This document shows positions 52,228-64,000 of a DNA stretch of 64,000 bases, piece after piece. The DNA comes from the human T2T-CHM13v2.0 reference genome, Homo sapiens. Under the pieces are notes generated by a model. That model saw only the letters and a list, made by a program, of their open reading frames with translations. It had not been told where the DNA came from and made no database searches. The translations under genes were made by a program, and so were the position numbers. The stretch is from the NCBI RefSeq assembly GCF_009914755.1, contig NC_060947.1. The stretch is one strand, 5' to 3'. Numbering within the stretch: position 1 is the first letter of the stretch; each line of letters begins with the position of its first letter.

Positions 52228-54803
52228 TTACTTATACTTAAGGCATTAAGCTGGTATTATGGATAATAGAGAGCTGAGCAAGTCATGGTGGTTACAACAT
52301 TTGTTAACTAACAGCTAAAGGAAGTACCCAACAAGTACCCAAGAAGTACCAGTTGATGTTAATTTGATAAAACAGAGTAGAAAATCTTAGACAATCATTT
52401 ATTCACAGAAAAGAGCTTGTTATACTTATGACATTCCTAAAGAATAACTGGGTAAAAAAAGGCTGAAAGTGAGGTATGTATTTACCTAAGAGAACACACT
52501 TCATATACTGCAGACAGAAACACCCATTTATACATGTTTTGCTGATAAGTTAACAACAAATTATCTACTAATTACAGGGTTATCTAAAAACCTTTTGGGA
52601 GAACACTGCTGACTTAGAATCACACATATACTTGAAAGCACATAAAACGGCATAGGTTAAAACAGTCTATAATATTTTCAGGAATTTCAAATTATTTTCC
52701 TTTTGCATTTACAGAGTTATGGGGCCTGAATCTTGGAGAATGTTTATGTTAGAGAAAATCACGTACAAACAAGGCCCTTCATGGAAGTAAAATATTGTAG
52801 CCTAACTCCGTTAAAACTCCTAAAGGCCTGTGCACAAAGGTGAAGAAAGAATAAAGAGTTCTGTGTTTTGCAATAAAGGAGTAAAGGGACCTCCAAATGA
52901 CAGAAGTTCTTATGGTCCTGTTATTTGGGATGAGATACAATAATGGCAGAAAGAATATATTAGAGAACAGTAAGTACCAGTACCGAGAAATTCCTCCCCC
53001 CACTATATTAGTAGGGGGAGAAAGATACACCCACTTCTCTTCCAATAGTTTATTTCAGACTACTAGAATTTTTTTTTTAAACTCCAGGAAGATAGTTCAA
53101 ATTTTATCATGAAAGCCAACATCAGAATAAGATTCTCATTATCAAAATTTATTCTACATTCAACTACTTTAAAATATATCTAAGCATAAATTGAGGGACT
53201 CTAATAACCATGGAACTAAAATCAAATGTTGTAGGTTTTTCCCTCCCAGGTCCACTAAAGGAAGTATATTTTCGGATGGTTCCTGAATTACTTATGGCCT
53301 AATAATAGGTCTACCTTATTTAAGCATTGTTTTCACATGAATTTAACAATGATTCTCATTGGTTCTGGGATACTGTAGGATGTATGGTACTAATTATTTC
53401 CAAAGATATAATGAGCTTCATAACAAAAATTATTTTGGTTAACTTTTTTCAAATGCTGTATAGCATTAGTTGGGATGAGACTTAATCCTCCTAGATAATT
53501 ACTGAAGTAAACAGGGTATGCAGTTACAAAGGTCAGCAATCCATAGGAGATAATCTATCCTGTCTCTTATTTCAAAATCTCGTGAAATACCAATGCCCAA
53601 AGTTCTCAATTTTCCAGTTTTTTGCTTGTTTGTTAATGTTTATTTGGGAAAAAGCAGATGAACCTGGACATAAATAAGTATATTTTGGAAAATATCTTAA
53701 TGGGTAAACTATTGGTTCTGTTAAACAGGACATATATTTTAAAGAGATACACTTAAGTTAGTATATCATTATATTTCTTAGCAACATAACAGACAGTTCA
53801 GGTTATGCTAGGAAAAATGTCTAGTAGTGAAGTAAGATTATCATCTCATGATTAATGAGTTTTATAACAATTCTTACAAAGACATTCATAAGCTGAATTA
53901 TAATCCCTATACATTGACTTTGCTTAGAGGCTACATTGTTAATTGATCTATTAATACAAATTTAAGGTATGAATAACTACTTTTTCCCCTTACCGTTCCT
54001 GCTTTTCCTGTTACCTAGGTCACCTTCTAGTATAGATTACTGAATTCATTTTGGTTCTCTTCAAATCAGAGATTGCTGATTGTGCTCTTTTTAAAATTCA
54101 TTGATTCTCAACATTTGTTTATTAATCTTAATATATCTTGTAAGTCCTTTGCAGGGGCAAGCTTTAGAGTCGATTTTTCTCCTTTTTGTTAAATACAACT
54201 TTTACTTAGAGTGGGTATTCAATAAATGTTAATTATAATTTGTCTCACTGTCACGGACAAACATCAAGTATTCCTGTGTTTAAATAGATATGCATTCCCA
54301 TACCAATAGATCTATGTGTACATATTCATGGGGAAATTCTGATTAGTTTCTTGTATAAAATTTGGGAAATTATCTGATTTACCAGGAAAGAGGAAAGGGA
54401 AGTACCAATTGATAATCTCAAATTATTTAAATCTGTCTGAGAAATGCTTATAAACACATTAAGATATATCTATAAAATTCTCAAAATACATTTAAGAGAA
54501 TATCTAGAGTTGACTGTACAAATAACATGCATGTGTTAGACACTATTTTAAGCATGCTACAAGTATCATTTCACTTTACTTGTGCAACAGCAAACTGTTA
54601 TTCTCATTTTACAGATGAGAAAACAGGGATGGGGGGCTATGCAGATTTCCTAAAGTCATGCAATTAGTAGAAGGAAGGGCTGGGACTCAGAGCTCGAATT
54701 GAAGCCCATATGGCCTGCCTGCAGAGTGTCTGCCTTTAGTCACTAAATTATATTATGTGATTCTAATAATCTCCTGCAGAAGGCACAGTCAGTCACTTAA
54801 GTC

Positions 54804-55303
54804 AGCAGCATTCAAACTGGGATGTGTGTGAGGATACAAGAGGACTTTTCACAAGTTATATCACCTACAAGGGGGTTCTCATACAGATGCTCAGCTCCAC
54901 CTCTCCTACTTCATTCAGTGAAATTTTACTTATTCTGTTTAATATTTATTTACCAAAACTGTAATATATTTATGACAGTTAGATTAATTCTGTAGAAATA
55001 ATAATTGCATTAATTACTAAATCCAGAAGAAAGTTTTAGATTAGAAGCTTATTGCCCTAGAAAGTTTCAAAAAAATTCTATTTCCATTTATTTTTTTAAA
55101 TGGGTGATGGGTATCAAATATCCCTGATACTTAGATTCCACTGAATACATTTAAATGACTGATGTTATAATTTTACTATAAGTCAATATTTACGATGTTA
55201 GAAATTATATTCTTTGCAATTATTTGACTCTTCTGATGAAAAACTGTGTATGTCAACTTGTAAAGGGTTCAAGGGATAAATGAGCAAAAAGTCTGAAGAC
55301 CTT
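54804..55303. mobile_element. Probable old hAT-type DNA transposon (MER/Charlie)
   Basis: Starts cagcagcattcaaactggg and ends aaaaagtctgaagacc, resembling hAT-Charlie termini. Subfamily not resolved. Confidence 0.45.
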
Positions 55304-58300
55304 AAGGGTATAAGGTAAACTCAAAACCAAACATGTAGAACATGCTATCACATTTCTACTGAAATTCAATTATGTAAAATACTTCTTTGCATCTATGTGA
55401 CTTTAATTCTTCTCCAAATAATGAACTTGCTCAATACAGGCCAACAACGACCACAAATTAGATCATACAGGGTAAATGCTTTCCTAAAAGTATTACGTTT
55501 CATTAGTACCAATTGACAACTATCACTAAGATTGTGGAAGATGCAATACAAGTGGAAACATTTCCCACAGGCACCATGTGAGATAACTGAACAAAAAAAA
55601 AATTAATATCTTTTTATAAACTATGCTCCTTTGACTTCATTTAGCAACTGCTTAAAGGCTTAATGAGCTAAAAATGGCCAAAGACTTAATGAAAAAATGT
55701 GTTTTCTATCACAATCCCTCTTTTGGCAATACACTTAGATTTGTATTGGCATTAAAGAAATCTTAGTGCAAAATAAGTTTTAATTTAGAAGTGAGAAGTA
55801 ACAACACAAAACTAGAAATAACAACACACTTTCAGTTCTCCAAAACTGCCTTTGGAATGCTGATCGCTCTTACGAGTTGTTTTGAAACACATGAGAAGTA
55901 GGATTTCTGCTCAGAATGTGCACAATAATGAGCACATTTAAAAGTAACAAGTCCAATGTACAGTAGCAGAGTGACATACTATAGGATGATTACGTGGGTC
56001 TGGTATTACGTCAGCTCTCTATATCTACTTGGCCAAGTCAGTTTTTCTCTCTGGCTTCAGTGTCCTCATAATTAAAATGAAGGGGTGCAATTAGTCCATC
56101 TTTAAGACCTCTTCCGGTCTCAAATTTACGAAGCTAATTCCTTACTCACCAGCTACAATTCTTTCAATGATGACAGATTTTAAATCAAAACGGATGGCAT
56201 TACAAATGTGAATGTAAAACCTAAGTAAATGCTTGCTGTAAAAGGTAGGAAATCTATTCCTCAAGCTTCTGAGGTTACCACATACAGCAGTCATTCACTC
56301 TATACAAGCAGGCAAAATTGTTCCAAATGCATTTAAAGAATCTTTATTTATAGGCTAGTCAGCAAGTAGGCTTTGTTGTGTAACCTAACTAGAAATATGT
56401 AATTAATTTACATAGAGATCAATGTGGCTGGTAACATATCTTTCATATAACTATAAAGGCCACATGTACTTTATGTAATATAGCACAAATGAGGATATGA
56501 CTGTATCAATAAAACAGAGAACCTCAGAGACACACTTTCTCTATGGTAGCAAGTAAGGAACTGAGTTTGATGATATATGACACACAATTTAATTTTTTAA
56601 TTCAACTATGAAAAAGTCTATAGTCGGCTTATACTTTCTCAGTAGAATTTAAGAACTCCAGAACATCACCTTAAGATCAGGAAGAAAAATTAGTTTACAT
56701 ATAATAAAATCAAATCTTTGTTTTGTGATAATACTAACAATAATAATTTGAAATGTCACATTTTCAAAAAGCAAATGAAAAAGGCACTGATAATTGTTTT
56801 AAATCAATATCTAACTCATTTTTATAAAAGGTATATAGCATTTTAAAACTAGGGTCACAAAAGCAGAAAAAGTATATAAACCAGTACCTACATGAAATTC
56901 TGGATTATTACATACATCATATATATATTTCACATTATATATTCACAAATATATAATCATATCACAGATAACTAACATCCTGTAACATCAAATCCCAGAA
57001 TAAAACAGCTGTTATTGCCTGATTAGTATGTACGAAAAAAATTCAAAATGTCTAGTGTATGAGTAAGTACTGCAAAGAACATGAAAATGAATGTCGAATG
57101 GAAGGGCTGCAAAGATAATGTTTTGTTCATTTACAAATGACTTTAAAAGAAAGTAAATCTCATATTAAATTCACTTAGGATATAAGATGAATAGAAATAA
57201 ATATATTGGGTATGTCCTGAAAGATGAACTCTGTGAAAAAAAATATGGCTTGTTTAGCTTTGAAAAACACAATAAACAAATACATTTCAGTTATTTAACA
57301 ATCCCAGTAACTTGAACCAAATTAGCTGAGGGGAGGAAAATTTAAGTGGACTTATAGATTTTACAAAACATAACTTTACTACTTTAAAAAAAGATGCAAT
57401 AACGATGCTAACCCAAAGTTGCTTAGAAAAACCCCTGCATTACTGGATAATCATGATTTCCTATCAGTCTATCAAAATATCAGCTTAAGTAACATTGATA
57501 CTAATAACGGTCCTGAGGCAGATAGTATCATTATTCCTATTTCACAGATAGGAAAGCTGAGGCACATAGAAATTAAGTAACTTGCCTAAGGTTAGTCAAG
57601 TAGTTAGTAAAAACTGGGATTTGAACTTAGCCTATGTTCTCCACCACTATAAGGTAGTATGTTAATGAAATGTACCTCCCTTGTTTATTGAACTATTTAT
57701 TTGCCTTTCAAGAACCTTTCATATATACTATTCCCATATGATGTGAAGGTAAACTTCAGTGGCATACGTATGATTTTACAAATTCTAAATCAAACCAAAT
57801 TTAAGGCAATGTGACATCTATGAAAAGTCATTAAAGAGAATAAAAAGTATAAGTGAACTCTGAGGTAGTTTTATGTCTTAAGCACATTCTTGAGCACACA
57901 CTTAAGACTACATACAGTACAGTATTTGCATAGCACAGGATTAAAAATAAAAAGTGTAAAAAGTGTGATTTGTATAAAGAAAAAAGTGGTTGAGAAGTTG
58001 AAAACACTGAGAATTATACATTTTATCTTATTACATGACATCTAAAACATTAAGATTTAATGTTTTATATATTATACGCCACTGTGACACAGTAATTAAA
58101 TAATATTTAATATAAAGTGCCACAATATTAGTCAAACCTGATTAGTCAACACTAAAAATTCACAAATTTCTACCCCATGCTCAATGGGAAGTAAAAGCTT
58201 GTGCTGATTTAAGAATGGACGAATTTGAGTAGTAGATACTGAAGAGAAGTAAAGATAAAATGAGTATCAGAATTAGTTAACAAGTGAATACTTAATATGT

Positions 58301-60271
58301 ACTTAAAGACAACAACATAAAACCTTCACTAGTTAAGAGTAGAGTACCCGTGACAAATTTAAACTTCCTCATCTGCTTGGATTTATCTATGTGGGGAAAA
58401 TACCTTTAAAATCAGTAATATTTTTCAAAGAAAAATACATCTTCACATATAGATTGTTATGGCTAATGAATAATGGACAAACTAGATTAGACATAAATGA
58501 AATCCAGTGTTTAAAACTACAAAAAGGCTTAAATTTTTACTGAAGAATTCCCATAATTTCTCTAAAAGCCATAATTTTGTAATAAGTATGTCCAAGTTAA
58601 TTTGCTCATGAATAATATATCTTTAAAACACATTCTTTGTTAAACAATTGAACTCTAATTAAATCACCAAAGTTTACATCATTTACTTTCTATAAAATTC
58701 ATTTTATAAACTTTGAGGTATGCGTACAAGTCACAAAGTCTCATTGGTCTATATTTTGATTATATTTGATTTATTCAAGTATAACTAAATCAGTTACAGT
58801 ACTTGCCAATATTTGTCAAATGATTCTTCCAACAGGAAGAACAATAAGTTTATTTCATGATTTCATTATTACAGCATCAAGTTTTAGGGCAAGGGAAGGC
58901 ACTTGGTTCCACTCATTTAGCAATACTGATTACATGTCTGTCACTTATACAATGGAACCAAAGTTTAAATGTATAGATGTGTTTGTCCACTTATTTTAAG
59001 TAGTTGTTTGAAGGGAAAATAAGTCACAACAAAATCCATTTAGAGTTAATGATTTTTTAAAAATATAAAATTTACATTTAAAATTTATTCTTCTTAAACA
59101 CGATTTTATTGTTTGATTTCTACAAAACCATGATCAAATGGATGATCACAAACATTTCAACATCATAATTACTACAAATATGAGAATTCCACCACATAGC
59201 TAATGTAGACATATATAAATAACAACATTCAGATAGAATGGTAAAAAGCCTTCCACCAAGAATTCTATTTGAAACAAATTGTTCTGAATATACATTTCTT
59301 TCCAATTATGAGTAATGTCAAATTCCACACATCCTTCCCCCCAAAAGTGGGATGTTATGGCATAATAAGCATATTTAGCATTTTCAGTTTTTGGTGCTTG
59401 ACCAGGAAAATAATGAAATTATGTTTCTACATTATTCTGTAAAGAAACAATTATGTGAATTTTAAAACATGTTCTATTGTGCTCAGGATATGCTTTATTC
59501 AAAAGGTATAGGAAAGTCAAAACCCTTAAAAGAGATTTGGAAGTAAAAGTAGTTAGGAAAGAGAATGACTGTGTAACATTCTAAACTATATAATTTGCCC
59601 ATAATTGGGGAGCTTAAAAAGAGAAAAATAAATGAGTTACGAACAGGTTTGGATACATAAAATAAACACAGGGTATATTTGCTTCTTTTTCTTTTTTCTG
59701 ACTTGAAACAGAAAGAAATCAATAGAAAAGAAAAAGGTGGTTTAAAGCCTTCTATGAGATTATAAGGCTAGTTGTTTCAGAAGACAGACTGAGAACAGAA
59801 CAACTTGCAACTATTTGTGACGTCAGTGACTCTCAATTAGGGCAGCAGCAAGAAAATATATCATTAAAGTCTTTTAATGTCCAAGTTACAAATTGCTCCT
59901 GAATGTCTATGAACAGGCCAAAAGCATTGAAAAAGGAGGAGAAAAAAAGAATTTAAGCTTTAATAAGAACAAGTGAATGATAAAAATATCAGTTTTATCT
60001 CAGTGTATTTCTTAAGTCTTGTTATATATTACACATTAACTCTATTATAGCACTACTACAGTAATGAATGTTATTTTAAAAAGAATGCATACTAGATTTT
60101 TAAATGAACATTAACTTCTCTTTTTATTGAGAACAAGGCATAGTATAAATAATAAATTGAAACTTAACTTTCTCAGTCAACCTTCCTGGTGTAAGCCTTA
60201 CTATTAAGACTAAAAAACCCAAACCCAGTCCATTTGTCTAGTTTTGTACTGATAAACTGATTAAACTATGG

Positions 60272-61392
60272 TGATATGGTTTGGCTGTGTCCCCACTCAA
60301 ATCTCATCTTGAATTCTCACATGTTGTGGGATGGACCCAGCGGGAGGTAACTGAATAATGGTGACAGGTCTTTCCCATGCTGTTCTTGTGACAGTGAATA
60401 AGTCTCATGAGATCTGATGGTTTTACAAGAGGGAGTTTCCCTGCACAAGCTCTCTCTCTTTGCCTGCTGCCATCCATGTAACACATGACTTGCTCCTTGA
60501 TTCCCACCATGACTGTGAGGCTTCCCCAGCCACGTGGAACTGTAAGTCCATTATAAACCTCTTTCTTTGGTAAATTGCCCGGTTTCTGGTATGTCTTTAT
60601 CAGCAGCATGAAAATGAACTAATACAGTAAATTGGTACCATTAGAGTGGGGCGCTGCTGAAAATATACCTGAAAACGTGGAAGCGACTTTGGAACTGGGT
60701 AACAGGGAGGGGTTGGAACAGTTTGGTGGGTTCAGAAGAAGACAGGAAAATGTGGGAAAGTTTGGAACTCCATAGATAGTTGTTTAATGGCTTTGACCAA
60801 AATGTTGATAATGATATGGACAATGAAATCCAGGCTGAGGTGGTCTCAGACGGAGATGAGGAACTTGTTGGGAACTGGAGTAAAGGTGACTCTTGTTATG
60901 TTTTAGCAAAGAGACTGGCAGCATTTTGCCCCTGCCCTACAGATCCGTGGAACTCTGAACTTAAGGGAGATGATTTACGGTATCTGGTGGAAGAAATTTC
61001 TAAGCAGCAAAGCATTCAAGAGGTGACTTGGGTGCTGTTAAAGGCATCCGGTTTTGAAAGGGAAACAGTGCATAAAAGTTTGGAAAATTTGCAGCCTGAC
61101 AATGAGATTGAAAAGAAAAACCTATTTCCTGAGGAGAAATTCAAGCTGGTTGTAGAAATTTGTACATGTAATGAGGAGCCAAATGTTAATCACCAAGACA
61201 ATGGTGAAAATGTCTCTAGGCCATGTCAAGAGACCTTTGCAGCAGCCCCTCCCATCACATGCCTGGAGGCCTAAGAGGAAAAAATGGCTTCATGGGCCAG
61301 GCCCAGGGCCCCCTGCTGTGTGAAGCCTAAGGATGTGGTGCCCTGCATCCCAGCTGCTCTAGCCATGGCTAAAAGGGGCCAAGGTACAGCTC
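60272..61392 (+). mobile_element. THE1 LTR plus 3'-truncated internal region
   Basis: LTR 60272-60626, internal ORF remnant 60780..61274, abrupt end at ggtacagctc. Confidence 0.9.
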
Positions 61393-62269
61393 ATAACTCA
61401 TAACGTTATGAGTTATTAAATGCAAGTTTAAACACAATATTTCAATTTTCAAATTGGCAAAAGAGTTTTGATAAGATAATATTCAGTGCTCTTGAGGCTT
61501 TGAAGAAAACAGACATGCTTGTTTATAAACTGCCATTGGATGTGTAAGTCGATATAACTTTGGGGGCACTTTGAGACTTCCACATCCAGAAAGAATAAAA
61601 GAGGTTATCCCGGTTTTTCCTGAGTACAGCTAAAAATCTTAGACATAATATATAAAACCAACATAGCAAGACTCTGAAAGCTGGAACGAAGAAAGCAGAC
61701 TGGCTAGAGAACTTGGGACCAAAGAGCAAAATGGCAGAGTCCCCTGGGTTTTCTTTTTGTATCATATATCTCCAAGTAAGAGCCATAGAAACTGACAACT
61801 GGAAACACCAATGGTCTCAGATTTTAAAAACCCCAACAAAAACCTACACGCTCTAGCAAAAGACCATATCTTAGCAAGATAGAAAACTTTGAGACAATAA
61901 TTGCTCTACTTCTACCAAGCATCACTGAAAAAATTGAGGTCTCACTTCAGTTTAAATGGCATAACCAAAATCACTGAAAATGCTATCACAGACATGCAAA
62001 ACCATTTTTGTACTACATTTATTTAAAAACATATTATAAAACAGTATATAAAACAATATTGCATTTTATGAAAATGTATGTGCATGCCCATACAAAGAAA
62101 AAAGGACAAAGAATCATACACCAAGGGTATTTATCATTATTTGGTAGAGGGATTATAGTAACTTTTCTTTTTCATATCTTCCAAATTATCAACAGTGAAC
62201 ATGAATTATTAGACTGGGGATATTAAAATATGACAAATGGAAAAATAATTTACAAAACAATTTATGAAG

Positions 62270-63335
62270 ACTATTTACAATTTATGACCAAGTCCTCAAA
62301 AGCAATTGCAACAAAAACAAAAATTGACAAATGGGACTTCATTAAACTAAAGAGCATGTACCCAGCAAAAGAAATTATCAACAGAGTGAACAAACAAACT
62401 ATAGAATGGGAGAGAATATTCACAAACTATGCATCCAAAAAACAACTAATATCCAAAATCTATAAAAAACTTAAACCAACAAGAATAAAACCATCCCATT
62501 AAAAAGCAGGCAAAGATTTGAACAGATGCTTCTCAAAAGAAGATACATAAGTAGCCAACAAACATATGAAAAAATGCTGAACATCACTAATCAGAGAAAT
62601 GCAAATCAAACCACAAAGAGACACCATCTCACCCCAGTCAGAACGGCTATTATTAAAAATGCAAAAAATAACAGATGCTGTCCAGGCTGCAGAGAAAAGG
62701 GAATGCTTATACACTGTTGGCAGGAATGTGAATTAGTTCAGCCACTGTGGAAAGCAGTTTGGAGATTTCTCTAAAAACTTAGAACAGAGCTACCATTCAA
62801 CCAAGCAATCCCATTACTGGGTATATATCCAAAAGAAAAGAAATCATTGTACAAAGAAAAAAAAATGCACTCCCATGTTCATCACAGCACTACTCATGAT
62901 AGCAAAGACATGGAACCTAGGTGCCAATCAACGGTGGACTGGATTAAAAAAATGTGGTACATATACAGCATGGGATACTATGCAGCCATAAAATCAAAGA
63001 AAATCATGTCATTTGCAGCAACATGGATGCAGCTGGAGGCCATTATCCTAAGTGAATTAACACAGAAATAGAAATCCAAATATTACATGAACTCACAAGT
63101 AGGAGCTAAATCTGGCATACACAAGGAGATACAGATGGGAACAATAGACACTGGAGACTCTAAAAGGAGGGAGGAAGGGAGGAAATGGCTGAAAAACTTC
63201 CTATGGGGTACTATGTTCACTATCTGAGTGACAGGATAAATAGAAGACCAAACCTCAGCATCATGCGATATACCCTTGTAATGAACCTGTGCATATACTC
63301 CGTGAATCTAAACTAAAAATGGAAATTTGAAAAAT
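62270..63335 (+). mobile_element. L1PB-like 3' end
   Basis: [22 protein letters not shown]2 motif and 3'UTR. Confidence 0.85.
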
Positions 63336-63503
63336 AATATTCACAAACATAAAATACAAATTACAAAAACCATAATAGGTGCAGTTTTATTTTATATCTA
63401 AGAAGCTAACACAGATAAAAAGACATGAAAAATAGTTAAAGTAATAATAGAAAATAACAACAACTGTCATGGTGAAGATTTTCCTGTAGCACAAATCACT
63501 ATA

Positions 63504-64000
63504 TGATATGGTTTGGCTGTGTCCACAGCCAAATCTCAACTTGAATTGTATCTCCCAGAATTCCCATGTGTTGTGGGAAGGACCCAGTGGGAGGTAATTG
63601 AATCACAGGGGCTGGTCTTTCCCACGCTATTCTCGTGATAGTGAATAAGTCTCAAGAGATCTGATGGGTTTATTAGGGGTTTCTGCTTTTGCTTCTTCCT
63701 GATTTTTCTCCTTCTGCTGCCACGTAAGAAGTGCCTTTTGCCTCCTGCCATGATTCTGAAGCATCCTCAGCCTATGGAACTGTAAGTCCAATTAAATCTC
63801 TTTTTCTTTCCAGTTTCGGGTATGTCTTTATCAGCAGCATGAAAACAGACGAATACAGTAAATCAGTCCCCGTAGAGTGAGGCATTGTTGAAAAGATACC
63901 CGAAAATGTGAAAGCGACTTTGGAATTGGTTAACAGGCAGAGGGTTGGAACAATTTGGAGGGCTCAGAAGAAGACAGGAAAATGTGGGAAAGTTTGGAAC
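63504..64000 (+). mobile_element. THE1 LTR plus start of internal region (runs off the window)
   Basis: tgatatggtttggctgtgtcc...gaataca at 63504-63857, then internal sequence. Confidence 0.9.

Noticed and set aside
60780-61274. 164 aa ORF and paralogous ORFs at 38746-39297
   Set aside because: Decayed MaLR (THE1-int) internal ORF.

Overview
This is human-type genomic DNA, AT-rich and dense in LINE-1. It contains the 3' end of CHM (Rab escort protein 1, choroideremia gene, Xq21.2) on the minus strand: three terminal coding exons at 52083-52181, 46170-46330 and 37747-37938, all with canonical GT-AG sites, then a ~3.45 kb 3'UTR ending near an AATAAA at 34316-34321. Downstream of CHM (1-34 kb) is an intergenic retroelement graveyard. 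It holds the MIR1321 hairpin inside a MIR SINE, an SFR1 processed pseudogene with a clear target-site duplication (TSD), and a short RNF34-like RING retrocopy that the ORF track misses. It also holds a 10 kb nested L1 stack. MaLR/ERVL LTR elements (THE1, MST, MLT2), Alus, MER1B, L2/MIR and microsatellites make up most of the rest. I see no evidence of a new multi-gene biological system. The most unusual observations are fossil DNA-repair and retrotransposition signatures: a ~116 bp giant TSD, a forward-plus-inverted local duplication with a hairpin junction, a 5'UTR-inverted L1 missing ~4 kb, a ~30 bp MER1-derived insert and a perfect palindrome at a deletion junction. Gene names and repeat subfamily calls come from recall of sequences, not database searches; repeat boundaries are approximate unless a TSD is quoted.
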